A stretch of DNA of 64,000 bases from Octopus sinensis (taxonomy: Eukaryota), in the NCBI RefSeq assembly GCF_006345805.1, contig NC_043001.1, forward strand, positions 132,928,001 to 132,992,000, given 5' to 3'. This document shows, piece after piece, positions 25,499 through 38,668 of this stretch. Every line of letters starts with the position of its first letter. The stretch's first letter is position 1. Under the pieces are notes generated by a model that was given only the letters and a program-made list of their open reading frames with translations, was not told the DNA's origin and ran no database searches. The translations under genes were made by a program, and so were the position numbers.

Positions 25499-26052
25499 GT
25501 GAGCCGCTCTCCGACTATCTATCTGTGGCTTTATATAGCTAGGGTAAGACCTCACCTGGAATTTGCATCACCGGTCTGGAACCCCTATCTTGCCCAGGTT
25601 ATCAATCGTCTGGAAGCCGTTCAGCGATGTGCAACCAAAAGAATAATACCCTCCATCAGGCATTTGCCATATCCTGAACGCCTTACTTCCCTGGGCATGG
25701 ACACATTGAAACTCCGACGTCTGGCAGCTGACTTGGCAGACACCCATAAAATTATCAACCATCGTACAAACAATAACTCTGAGCACCTTTTCAAACTCCA
25801 CCCATCTAACACCCGTGGAAATATTTACAAAGTCAGAAAACAGCACAGCACGCTGAGAGTTGCTGAAGCATGGAACAAACTGCCGGCATCAGTTGTTTGT
25901 TGTCGGAGCACTGCATCCTTCAAAACTTCCATGCTTTCCACATACATGCAAGCATGTATCTGACTCATGCATTGTTCGCTTTCCAGACATTTGTACATTA
26001 CTGCATATACTCTGACAAGTTGTGGTGCATCTGAGCACTGTATACAATAATT

Positions 26053-26085
<33 letters not shown>
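25499..26085 (+). mobile_element. CR1-clade LINE 3' fragment with (ATT)n tail
   Basis: LYIARVRPHLEFASPVWNPYL..LEAVQRCATK..YPERLTSLGMDTLKLRRL..RVAEAWNKLP, then 3'UTR and (att)n. Confidence 0.9.
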
Positions 26086-26090
<5 letters not shown>

Positions 26091-26998
26091 TCTCAAGCTA
26101 AACTAGTTAGTCATAAATGGAAGTACTTATTTAGGCCCTCTACTGACTTTTCACAGTCACAATCTGATGAACAAATATTTTGGTTGCTTCTGCAATGTTA
26201 CAACCCAGCTCAAACTCGTAAAGCATAAGTTCCCAAATTAGACTGTTGCACATTCATCATGCAGCTTTCAAATCACATACAAAATGAAGCAATGCACGAT
26301 ATGTCAGCACATGGACAAACACAATACTACCACCTTTAGTGGGCACCTTAACTGCTTCAGTCACATGATATACATGCTGCAAACTAGCACAAATGCAAAT
26401 ATTTTGACAGTGTGGTACAGTCAACCACAGTATATGCTGTATGAAGAATGGAATGCAATATGGATCACAGCAAGATTGTGTGTATATCATCATCATCATC
26501 ATCATCATCGTTTAGCATCCGCTTTCCATGCTAGCATGGGTTGGACGGTTCAACTGGGGATCTGTGAAGCCAGAAGGCTGCATCAGGCCCAGTCTGATCT
26601 GGCAGTGTTTCTACGGCTGGATGCCCTTCCTAACGCCAACCACTCTGTGAGTGTAGTGGGTGCTTTTTACGTGCCACCCGCACAGGTGCCAGACAGAGCT
26701 GGCAAACGGCCACGGATGGATGGTGCATTTTACGTGCCACCGGCACGGGGGCCAGGCGAGGCTGGCAATGGCCACAATCGGATGGTGCTTTTTACATGTC
26801 ACCGGCACGGAGGCCAGTCGAGGCGGCGCTGGCAACGGCCACGATCGGTTGGTTCGCTTACTTGTCACCGGTACTGGTATCACAGCTGCAATTTCCATTG
26901 ATGTTGATCGACTTCGATTTTGGTTCTGCTTTCTGATATCTGATTTGATTTGGTTTGATGAATTAGAAGCAGTGTTAGTGTTATAAATATTATCGACT

Positions 26999-27390
26999 AC
27001 ATGTACTCAATGTATGTACCTTGCTTGTTTATCAGTAAGCTGCAATTTGGTGCAGTGGGGATGACTCTCCTCCCTTAGTGTTGGGTGATAAAACACCTGA
27101 CAGTCATAGGCAGGCAAGACAACTTACCCCAAATCCCATTCAGGAGCAATTGGCATCAATGTTTTGCCATTTCTATGGCTTATCAACATCATGTACTGGA
27201 ACCGAACTAGAGGTGAGTTGAACAATGAAACATCGATATCCATCACCTCTGAATGGGATTTGGGGCGAGCTGCCTCACCTTCCTATGACTCTCAGGTGTT
27301 TTAATACTCAGTGCTTTGAGGGAGTCATCCCCACTGCATCAATTGCAACCTACCAGCAAACAAGCAGAGCACATATATTGAGTATGTGTG
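26999..27390. repeat. Long imperfect inverted repeat (fold-back/MITE-like)
   Basis: Arms at about 26999-27165 and 27225-27390 are reverse complements (e.g. tgcagtggggatgactc/gagtcatccccactgca, ccccaaatcccattcag/ctgaatgggatttgggg) around a spacer of about 60 bp. Confidence 0.85.
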
Positions 27391-27500
27391 GCCATTAATA
27401 TATATATATATATATATCATCATCATCATTTAATGGAATATGGACATTAAACAATGATGATAATGATGGTAATTTACATATATATATATATATATATACA

Positions 27501-27890
27501 TCAGATGTGGCTGTGTGGTAAGAAGCTTACTTCCCAATCACAGAGTTCTTGGTTCAGACCAGCTGTGTGACACCATGGGCAAGTGTCTTCTTCTACAGCC
27601 TTGGGTCGACCAAAGCCTTGTGAGTGGATTTGGCTGACGGAAACTGAAAGAAGCCTATCGTATATATGTGTGTGTGTGTGTGTCTTTGTGTCTGTGTTCC
27701 CAACCACTACCATCACTGCTTGACAACCGGTGCTGGTCTGTTTACATCCCTGTAACTTAGCAATTCAGCAAAAGACACCGACAGAAAAAGTACAAGGTTT
27801 AAAATAAGTGCTGAGGTTGATTTGTCCTATTAAAACCCTTCAACCCCAGCATCACCACAGTCAAATGATTGAAACAAGTGAAAGGTAAAA
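27501..27890 (+). mobile_element. SINE family A, diverged
   Basis: Homologous to the family A consensus with many substitutions. Confidence 0.75.
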
Positions 27891-28621
27891 GGTATACATT
27901 CATACGCATAATATACATGCAATATACATACACAAACGCGTGTGTATGTGTGAACATATATAGACATACATGAACATATATAGACATATCTATATATTTA
28001 TATAAAAGCATATATGTGCATATACTTATAAACATATATATATATATTTATGAACAATATACATTATATTTATATGCAATATATTTATTTTTCTCTCTTT
28101 ATATATCTATATATAGAGAGAGGAGGGGAGATAGAGAAAGAGAGAGGGAGAGAGACTGATAGACTGACAGACAAATTGTATACAAATATTAAGTGGAAAG
28201 TAAGAGAGACAAATCTCTAAGTAGGCCTTATTATCTCCTTTGCTACATAAGGGGAAACTACTACTCTATCAGAGTTATTTCCCTTTAAATTTCGTTGTTG
28301 CAAGTCATGCAAATTTAATTGACGCTCCACAACAATTAATTCCCAACTTCTAAATAAATTTCCACTTTAATCACATTTGAACTCGAAGCTGGTCCCTCCA
28401 TGATCTAAATTGTATAGACAAATAAGAAATTTAAACGAGCAATATCAACAAAATTTTCTGCATTTAAATATTTTAGTTTGTAAGACTAAATTGAGCTTTC
28501 CTTGTGGGCATAATTCAAGGGGGATATGCTCGAAACAAACCCACCTGCTCATATATTTATGGAAATCAATACGTATTGGTATAGCAAACAATAGTTTTTT
28601 TTCAAAAATACCAATTAATCA

Positions 28622-29005
28622 TTTATAATAATAATAATGAAATTATTGTATACAGTGCTCAGGTACACCACAACTTGTCAGAAAGTGCATATAAAGTACA
28701 TGCAGTAATGTAGAAATGTCTGGAAAGCGAAGAATGTATGAGTCAGATACATGCCTGTGTGTGTATGGAGGGGAGAAAATCAGGTGTAGTGTTGGCGAAT
28801 CTCAGAAAGCATGGAAGTTTTGAAGGATGCAGTGCTCCGACAACTAACAACTGATGCCAGCAGTTTGTTCCATGTTTCAGCAACTCTCAGCGTGAAAAAA
28901 TGTTTCCTGAAGTCATGGGAGCTGTGCTGTTTTCTGACTTTGTAAATATGTCCACGGGTGTTAAATGGGTGGAGTTTGAAAAGGTGCTCAGAGTTATTGT
29001 TTAAA
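28622..29005 (-). mobile_element. CR1 LINE 3' fragment
   Basis: SEHLFKLHPFNTRGHIYKVRKQHSSHDFRKHFFTLRVAETWNKL; same family as 25499. Confidence 0.88.
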
Positions 29006-29262
29006 AACATTTTATAAAAACTATAACACTGCTAATAAGCATGTCATTATTTCTGCACTTAGCTAAAATATGGAAGAAGGAGCCTAATTGGTTTTACTCC
29101 TTTGCTTACCATATTTCTGTTACAATCCAGTGCCTTTGTTACAATTAATTTTGAAAATAAGGTAGAATTTAAAATATTTTCGTCATTACTAAGATGGTGT
29201 TTGAAACAAATTAATATGAAATTTTGATTGAGAGTTTAATTTAGATTATCTTAAAACATGAT

Positions 29263-29681
29263 ACTCTTTACTCATTTACTCTTTTACTCTTTTATTTGTT
29301 TCAGTCATTTGACTGCGGCCATGCTGGAGCACCACCTTTAATCGAGCAACTCGACCCCGGGACTTATTCTTTTGTAAGCCCAGTACTTATTCTATCGGTC
29401 TCTTTTGCTGAACCGCTAAGTAACGGGGACATAAACACACCAGCTTCGGTTGTCAAGCAATGCTAGGAGGACAAACACAGACACACAAACACGCATACAC
29501 ATATATACACATATACAACGGGCTTCTATCAGTTTCTGTCTACCAAATCCACTCACAAGGCTTTGGTCGGCCCGAGGCTATAGTAGAAGACACTTGCCCA
29601 AGGTGCCACGCAGTGGGATTGAACCCAGAACCATGTGGTTGGTAAACAAGCTACTTACCACACAGCCACTCCTGTGCCTAT
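29263..29681 (-). mobile_element. SINE family A
   Basis: Reverse-complement full copy, apparently inserted in a piggyBac-type MITE relic. Confidence 0.85.
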
Positions 29682-30129
29682 AATGAGTGTATCATAAAAA
29701 TAGGAGCAGTCTCGGGCAGGTTGGTATCAAAAGGTTTAATCAATTTCACCACTTTAGTGCTAATTATTTTATCAACCCTCACAAAAAATAATTAGTGGTC
29801 AAATGCTGGGGAGACATAGGTATAGCATTGGATTCAAACTCATGTTTTGCCACATAGAAATCACAATTCAAACATGTGCACAACTGAGATTTTATTCAAT
29901 GAACGCCATTGTTCACATGATAGTTCAGTGGCCTGATTAGAACTTTCCATGAACGAGGCCTACAAATACAGCCAAATTGAGCACCGAAAATTCAGAATGT
30001 TTCAGGTCAAGTAGGGGTACACTGTCCTAGTAGTTATTTTCACTGCTGCATATTCAGTCTGGAATGATCAAAGAAGAAGACACACTATGGCGGAACTTCT
30101 AAAAAAGACATTTTGTACATTGTTTTATC

Positions 30130-30532
30130 TCTTTACACTCTTTTTACTCTTTTACTTGTTTCAGTCATTTGACTGCGGCCATGCTGGAGCACCGCCTTTT
30201 AATCGAGCGACTCAACCCCGGGACTTATTCTTTGTAAGCCCAGTACTTATTCTATCGGTTTCTTTTGCCGAACCGCTAAGTGACGGGGACATAAACACAC
30301 CAGCATCGGTTGTCAAGCAATGCTAGGAGGACAAACACAGACACACAAACATATATATATATATACATATATACGACGGGCTTCTTTCAGTTTCCGTCTA
30401 CCAAATCCACCCACTAGGCTTTGGTCGGTCCGAGGCTATAGTAGAAGACACTTGCCCAAGGTGCCACGCAGTGGGACTGAACCCGGAACCATGTGGTTGG
30501 TAAACAAGCTACTTACCACACAGCCACTCCTA
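30130..30532 (-). mobile_element. SINE family A
   Basis: Reverse-complement full copy. Confidence 0.85.
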
Positions 30533-31187
30533 TGTTTCCATTAACTATATTGCAGGAACACCTTTCCTATTAATGTAACAAATAAATTATGTTCTTGTTA
30601 CATAAACATTGGATCTAAAATATTGGTAGAAGTGGAGAAAATAGAGTTGTGGTTTTCATAATTTTCTTAGAATGGCAAGTTGGGGATCAACAATGATCAA
30701 GAATTTAGAGAACAAAACTAGTGTTCCATATGGGATCACATGCTATTAACCACTACATGTCAAAATGTAAAATGAAATTCCCAATTAGACAGAGGATAGC
30801 ATATTTAGAACTATGAATTAACTATGTGCATGCAATAATTCTGTGTGGTCAGGACTCACATAGGCCAACAGAACTTGGTGAACCAAAAACGAACCAACTG
30901 ATATGGCTGCTCTTGTCTAACATCTTGAAAGAAGCCCACATTGGATAATGTGATCACAGATACACTGTGTCTGAAAGAAAGATGGATGGATTATGGCAGA
31001 ACACTTGATCTGTACATGGAGTGGGGCTAAATAACAACCATAAAGTTGAAAGGAATTGATTTCACCAAACTCAACTCACTCTTGAGACATACTATGGGAA
31101 TATGTATTCACTGATTTCCCAATGTCCCAAAAGGGACATTTATTATTACTGATAACTAATTAAAAGTTTTTAAATGATTATACTTAC

Positions 31188-31418
31188 TTCAATCAAGGGA
31201 TATGAAATTTCATTATATATCTGTTCAGTTACAGAATCTCTATCATATGCTCCATCAAAAGTGAATATTTTAGGTGGGGACGACTCATCCGCGGGATTGT
31301 TAAGAATGCATTGTGCTCGAGTTGCATCAATCTTCACTACTGTTTTACAGTTGAGATTATTTTCCCTCTCGTTCATTGGACGACAGCGAACTATTACTTT
31401 CACACACTCAGCAGACAT
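31188..31418 (-). CDS. KIF17: Kinesin-2 family motor (KIF17/OSM-3-like), first coding exon, 77 codons
   Basis: Translates to MSAECVKVIVRCRPMNERENNLNCKTVVKIDATRAQCILNNPADESSPPKIFTFDGAYDRDSVTEQIYNEISYPLIE. VKVIVRCRP, FTFDGAY and TEQIYNEI.YPL.E match the KIF17 N-terminal motor region better than KIF3A/B. Ends at a canonical GAA|GTAAGT phase-0 donor. An upstream acceptor (ttttctattctcag|, exon start 31446) implies a non-coding exon further right. Confidence 0.92.
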
Positions 31419-31899
31419 CTTGAATAGTATTTAACAGTGATAAGTCCTGAGAATAGAAAATACAAATATGTAAGAAGCTTATCAAGAGTGATTTCTTAGC
31501 TGCCACATGGCCACAAATTTTGAGGAAGAGATGTAGTCATGTCATTTTAAATATATATAGAGAGAGAGAGCAGTGAGGGAGAGAGAGACACACAACACAT
31601 ACATATATATCATCATCATCATCATTTGGCATCTGCTTTCCATACTGGCATGGGTTAGATGGTTTGACTGAAACTGGTAAGCCAGAAAGCTGCACCAAGT
31701 CCCAGTCTGATTTGGCATGGTTTCTATAGCTGGATGCCCTTCCTAACACCAACCACTCCAAGAATATAATGGGTGCTTTTTATGTGCCACCAAACATGAT
31801 TATAATTTCACATATATACACATATATATATAGTGTAGACTGTTGGAAGAAAGAGTACTCAACAGCATAGTAGGCATCAATAATTATTTTATTTTGGTC

Positions 31900-32560
31900 A
31901 AGTCAGTTTCTTTCTGTGGTATATGGACAACTTCTGTCTTCTTTAGCTTTATTCTCATCCAAAAAGCTTGGCAATTTCTACAAATCAGAATGTTATAAGC
32001 TGCAGAACTCTATGTGAGTAATAAGAGCAGTACTGTCAGCAAACAGTAGCCCCTGGATGAGTTGCTTTAATGTCTTTATGTGGGACTGTAGTCACTTCAG
32101 GTTGAGCAGGTTGTCATCAAGGCAGTATCATAAGTAGGAAATGTTCTTTTCTGTGGCCCTTATGAGTATCATGCTGAAGAAGATTGTGATAAGAGTTGGT
32201 GTGAGAATGCAGCTTTGCTTTACAGCCTTTCCTGATAAGAAGGTCTCTGTGAGTTCATAGGCCATGATGATCTTCATGTATTAAGGGTTACTCATTTCAA
32301 GTCAGTGAATCATCTACCACAGACCATTCTTGCTCATTGTGTTGCATGCTATGATAAAAACAAGAAGCTTTATGTGCACTCTCTTGTCCTAACCACTTCA
32401 ATTCCTGTTGGTTCTGAAATACCACTGATTCTTTAGAAGGTTTTCTTTTGCATTGACGGGCACCATCTGTTCAAAAGTACTTTTGTGAAACGTTTTTCCC
32501 CAGAAAAAGGGAGTAGTGTTACTCTCCATCCATGCAGCAGTTGGGTTTTTCTTCTTCATA
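31900..32560 (-). pseudogene. RTE LINE RT fragment
   Basis: Minus strand AVKQSCILTPTLITIFFSM..QLIQGLLFADSTAL (GVKQGCVLAPTLF and LLFADD motifs), with stops. Confidence 0.8.
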
Positions 32561-32849
32561 TACAGAGCGATAATAGTTGTATCACAGAGGTTCTACGTTA
32601 GCTTGCCTTGTTCCTTCCCAACAGCAATCAAAGAAGTTTAGTGTACAATGCCAGGTCGCTGTCCTTCAAAATATCTAGTGGGATTCCATCAATACCTACT
32701 ACCTTTCCATTTTTCAGCAGCTTTTTGCTCCTGATAGTCTCTTCTAGATTTGGAATCTCAACCAATTCAATTTTTTCTGGCTACACACACACACACACAC
32801 ACACACATACATATTGCAGGTTCACTGTTGGCTGATGAGTACAATTAGA

Positions 32850-33400
32850 AAGGGCAGGCCTTTCCACAATGGCTGTAAGAGAAATTCTATTCTGAGTTCA
32901 GTTTCAATGCTGATACAGCATGGTCCTTCTTTCAATCCCTTTTATGGCCAACCTTAGATATATTCTTGAAGATACACTAATAAATGGCATGTCGTTGCAC
33001 TCAGAAGCACTAATGACTGGTGATACACTAATGAATGGTGTGTCCTTGTGATTTGAAGCAAGAGCAGACCACTGGCAAAACTCAATATGACAGGCACCAA
33101 GAGATTTCTTCAGAGATCTCTTGTTTCAAACCTTCAATATTTCTCTGCTACATCGTCAGTAGCAACTTTTCCGTTCAGTAGAATCTCAAACAGATGATGA
33201 CTTGCTATTCTGGATCCATTCCCTACCCAGCAGGTGGGTGACATCTGCCTGTTTGAAGACTTCGTAGTTTGTGATGAAGTCACTATAATGAATGTTGAAG
33301 ATGGAGGAGAGGTAGTGAAGTGCACTCAATAAGTCGTCGAGGGAACAGACCAGATGGAAAACAACAGACAACAAGAAGTAGAAATTAGATGTCAAAGATG
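32850..33400 (-). pseudogene. RTE LINE C-terminal fragment
   Basis: LSSIFNIHYSDFITNYEVFKQADVT and KKSLGACHIEFCQWSALA resemble the RTE C-terminus. Confidence 0.65.
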
Positions 33401-33741
33401 CAAAGAGCAATTCGTGCTTCTTCATCCCCCACTAACCCTCCTCTGTGATAAATGCCCCCAGCTCTTATATAACACCCATGACCTACACAACCTCCTCATG
33501 CACTGGAACCCTTTGCACTCATCAGGACAAAGAGGCTCAATCACTCGCAAGAGATTAATTACTCAGATACAAGTTAACGCTGCCAATGATGTCAAAGAAG
33601 TCAAAGATGGTGACAGTTGATAATTCACAACTCAGAGCAGTACAAAAAGAGCATACAACACTAACAAATAACTATTTCCTACCAATAAACACAGAAAAGG
33701 AAAATGTATAACAGTGCAAGGAAATAAAGACAAAATGAAGA

Positions 33742-34152
33742 TAGGTGCAGGCGTGGCTTGTGTAGTAAGAAGCTTGCTTCCCAACCACATGATTCCAGGG
33801 CCAGTCCCTCTGCACAACACCTTGGACAAGTGTTTTCAACTATAGCCTCGGGCTGACCAAAGCCTGATGAGTGAATTTGGCAGACAGAAACTGAAAGAAG
33901 CCTGTTATATATATATGTATATATCTATGTGCATGTGTCTTTGTGTCTGTGTTTGTCCCCCACCACCACCATCACCACTTGACAACCGGTGTTGGTGTGT
34001 TTACATCCCTGTAACTTATATTTCAGCAAAAGAGACTGAGAGAATAAATACTAGGCTTTAAAAATAAGTCCTGGGGTTGATTTATTCGGCTAAAGCCCCT
34101 CAAGGTGGTGCTCCTGCATGGCCGCAGTCAAATGACTAAAATAAATAAAAGA
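33742..34152 (+). mobile_element. SINE family A, diverged
   Basis: Homologous head, body and tail. Confidence 0.8.
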
Positions 34153-34419
34153 ATGAAAGAATATAGCAAAATTTCCAAAATAGCAACAAGATGTTGAAAT
34201 TTTTGCTGTAACACTCTGATACGAGCCAGTTTCTGTAGTTTAGATTGAAAAATTTTAAGCGTATGAGAGTGTGTGTGAGAGAGAATCACCACCACCACCA
34301 CCATCATTCATGTACAGAGTAGTTAACTCTCTTACTGCAAAGATCAGATATATCCACTCAAAATTTTATTATCCTTAACTGCAGAAAGCAGTGTCATATT
34401 TCAAACATTTTATTTATTT

Positions 34420-34834
34420 CTCTTTCTCTTTTTCTCTTTTACTTGTTTCAGTCATTTGACTGCGGCCATGCTGGAGTACCGCCTTTAGTCGAGCAAATCG
34501 ACCCCAGGACTTATTCTTTGTAAGCCCAGTACTTATTCTATCGGTCTGTTTTGCCGAACCGCTAAGTGACGGGGACGTAAACACACCAGCATCGGTTGTC
34601 AAGCAATGCCAGGGGGACAAACACAGACACACAAACACACACATACATATATATATATACATATATATACGACAGGCTTCTTTCAGTTTCCGTCTACCAA
34701 ATCCACTCACAAAGCATTGGTCGGCCCGGGGCTATAGCAGAAGACACTTGCCCAAGATGCCACACAGTGGGACTGAACCCGGAACCATGTGGTTGGTTAG
34801 CAAGCTACTTACCACACAGCCACTCCTGCGCCTA
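34420..34834 (-). mobile_element. SINE family A
   Basis: Reverse-complement full copy. Confidence 0.87.
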
Positions 34835-35127
34835 TTTTTTTTTTTTTTTTTTTGAAAAATGTTAAGTTTATTAAGTTGCAGAAAATACCAATTTTTTTTT
34901 TGGTAGATATTCATTATAGGAATAACCATAAAATTTAATTTCGCTGTGAAAGAGTTAAAATTGGACTGATCGACTGGAAACTAACATAACCTAGCCGATA
35001 CATACAGGGGAGGCAACTGTGTTAATACACGTATTAATACGAAGAAATTAAAGCTTACTTGGAGAAAAAGAGCTGTGAATGAAATAAGTTAGAGTAGTCG
35101 AACTGAAATTAGTTTAAATATTACAAA

Positions 35128-35556
35128 TCTTTCAATATGCGAGAAATAAGAATGTAAACACGTTCTGTCTATGCTATTGATGTGTGAGTGTCTGTCTCCT
35201 ACGATTTAGATTCCTAACTACTCCCACATTTTGCGATGCAGTTTAACCAAAACCGGGTATCTTATAGTCGTAATTCATATCGAGCCCTTCTGGGTATTAG
35301 CGCGCGTCTACGATGAGTCTACGATTTAAAAAATAATTTACCATAATTTTTTTTCCATTTTAACACATATTTTTTAAATGAAGGGGAGTAACTCTCTAAA
35401 AATGTCAACGATGAGTCAACGATTTAAAAAAAAATTTACCATAATTTTTTTTCCATTTCTAATGCATTTTTTGCTATTTTTTTGGCTATAACTCTCTAAA
35501 AATGCTTTATAGTTATTTCCCTTACAAACCCGAGCAACGCCGGGCGATACTGCTAG
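35128..35556 (+). mobile_element. Non-autonomous Helitron
   Basis: A|TC 5' end, subterminal hairpin CCCG-AGCAACGC-CGGG and CTAG|T 3' end, no TSD; internal tandem duplication of about 110 bp. Confidence 0.7.
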
Positions 35557-36224
35557 TTTATTCTAAATAACCAGAGTTACATTTTAGTTCAAATAATAAC
35601 AACCACAGACCCCAATATTCAATTTATTCATTTTTTTCCAATTAATTTTGAAAATAATGAAGAATTTATTAGTCTCAAATTTTGGCACAATGCCAGCAAG
35701 TTCAGAGGAGGGGATAAGTTGACTACATCAAGCCCAGTGCTTTACTGGTACTTAGTTTATTGACCCTGAAAGGATGGAAGGCAAAGTCGACATCAGCCAG
35801 AATTTGAATTCACAACGTAAAGACAGAAAAAATACTGCAAAGCCAGATCACTGCCTTAAATGAAGAATTTATTAAAATAACTTTGTTATTATTAAGCTCG
35901 TGGTTGGAGCATAAATTCATTGAAATTTTGATAAAAGGTTTTAATTTAGATAATTTTAAAGCAGGAGGTTTGTATCATAGAACCGTGAGGGGTTTGGGAG
36001 GATTGGTATCAAAAGGGTTATATAGTTGCAAAGACAATGAAAGTTGGGTAGGGGTACAAAATTCCGCTTTTATTTATTTTTTTGCTGTCATAGGGCCTGC
36101 TAATTGCAGTCTAAAAACTACTGAGGCACATGGCTCAGGGATTAGAGCATTGGGATCACAATCATGAAGTAGTGAGTTTGATTCCCAGACCAAGCTGCAT
36201 GTTGTGTTCTTGAGGAAGACACTT

Positions 36225-36510
36225 TTTTTCACGCTGTGAGTTGCTGAAACATGGAACAAACTGCCGGCATCAGTTGTTAGTTGTCGGAGCACTGCATCCT
36301 TCAAAACTTCCATGCTTTCTGAGATTCGCCAACACTACACCTGATTTTCTCCCCTCCATACACACGCAAGCATGTATCTGACTCATACATTGTTCGCTTT
36401 CCAGACATTTTTACATTACTGCATGTACTTTATATGCACTTTCTGACAAGCTGTGGTGCACCTGAGCACTGTATACAATAATTTCATTATTATTATTATT
36501 ATTATTATTA
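36225..36510 (+). mobile_element. CR1 LINE 3' fragment inserted in a SINE
   Basis: Same family and (att)n tail. The host SINE head is at about 36120-36225 and its remainder at about 36511-36775. Confidence 0.82.
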
Positions 36511-38668
36511 TTTCACTTTGCTCTAGTTCACTCAGGTGTAGAAATGAGTTGTAACATCACTAGTGCCAAGCTGTATCAGCCTTTGCTTTTCCCTTGCATA
36601 ATGTCAGTGGCATGGAGAGGGAAAGTCGGTATGCATGGGCAACAGTGGGTCTTATATAAACAACCATGCTCGGACTTGTGCCTTGGGGGGGAAATTTCAA
36701 GGTGCAATCCCATTGTCATTCATGACCAAAGGTGGAGTGTCAAACAGTTAAGACGAAGCTGGCTTTTAAGGGAACAATGTTAAATGGATGCAATTTATAA
36801 ATTTTCTACTGGATAGGACACCAGTTTTATTATAGGTATCTTTTCCGCAAAACTAGGTAAACTAAAGCATGTAGAATTCAGCATACAATAAAACAGGGGA
36901 TTTGAACTCAAGGCTGATGAGCTGGTAGTCCAATACTTTATCCAATCAGTTGAAATGCTGACACTTCTACATGAACCTGTACAGAGAGATGCTGTAGAGT
37001 ATTGTATTCATTATATACACTCATAGAAAAATACATTGATGTAATAATGACAGGAGCAATAATGAGAATGGCAACTCTTAAGTCTGCATAGAATTTATCA
37101 GATCCGAATCATATTTTCATATTATCATAAACAGTGTAAGTCAATACAGAAGAAAATAACAATAATGAATTTGATTTTTCTTGTTAAGAAGTGCTTAATC
37201 TAATAATTACTGAAAGCCAGAGAATAATGAGTCTAATTTAATAATTACTTACTGTTGTAACTAGATGCACAAATGAATCTTATCTTAATACCAACATGTT
37301 GTTGGATAGTAAGACAACTGTTTTTCCTACTGATTAAACAAACATCCAACAGAACCAAGATTTAAGTATTCTACTCTACTCATTGCTCTCTGTTATCATT
37401 GTGTTGAAAACTTACAGAAGTCTGGGTTGATAGGGTGTCTGGCTACCAATCAAAAGATAATTTGCCTCATGTCATATCATCAGCACTGTTTTTCATTTCC
37501 ACCATCAAGACACCTAGCTCATTAACTCTCCCTGGTTTGATCCATCTGGTTGAAAATAATTATCATGAATTGAAATAGCTCAGTGTTGCAATCAGTAGGG
37601 ACACTGTATAATTAATTGATACTTTGCTAGCTAGTGATTCAAACATCGATTCCTACTTATAGACCTAATTGATGATGGAGGTTTTCACACCATACAATAC
37701 TTAAATAATTTAATTACCACTGTATATTTCATGAGTTAAAGAGGATTGCTTCCACATGGTGGCTTGATCTATTAGAAAAGGAAGCTAAATCTCCTTCAAA
37801 ACAAACCCTATGATCTTAAAATGGACACATTAATCATAGATACACTGTGTATAAGAAGTTAGGATAACCAGAGCTAGGATTTTGACTCTAGGTCTTCTTG
37901 ATCAGGGCTGACCTGGAATAAACAACTGTCTTTCTTTTTTTGCTTTTATTTTCACAATGGCCACAGGACTAAAGTGTTAGATTTCTGACAACTTGTCACA
38001 AGTTCAAACTTAACTATAACTGTGTTGTGTTCCAGGTTGAAACTCATAGTTCTTGCTTAGCTCACCTAGCATAACTGACAATACAGATATCATTCCTACA
38101 TCATTAAGTAACTAGTAGGAAGAAAACCATCACTTAGCTCTTAAAAATACTAGCTCCAACCTAAGTCATCCCATCCACCACGAAGTCCAATCCTTGTTGC
38201 AGTGTGGCAGCTTATGTACCTCTGTGATTCTGAGAGTCATACCAATGGAAAATAAGTTTCTGGTAGGGCCTCCCATGCTGAACAGGTCAATGGATAGAGG
38301 CCAGACTAATATGGACCACCTTTTCCCAGAGGTAAAAAGGGGTTTGTGCAGGGCCATCACCCTACTTAGAAAAATGCAAAGTCACAGAAGCATCAATAAC
38401 AATTCAAAACAAAGAACACCTCAGAGAGGAGTATCTTTCTTCGGGGAAACAAATGATGCAATGCAACAAAATCAGAAAGGAAGCTGCAAGACTGACTCCC
38501 CTTATGACCACTAGGTGAAACATCAAAACTGTACCCTAACCTAGAACCCATAAGGGAGCTGGAAAGGGGGAAACCCCCAAAAATTGCTTAAGATAGGATA
38601 CTGAAGCAAAGCTGAATAAGCAGGGATCTACCTGGAAAAAAGTAGAACAGAAAAGACAGTCCAGAATT

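Noticed and set aside
38270-38370. Possible HDV-like ribozyme in an RTE 5'UTR relic
   Set aside because: I could not build the nested double pseudoknot by eye; an Infernal/RNArobo search would be needed.
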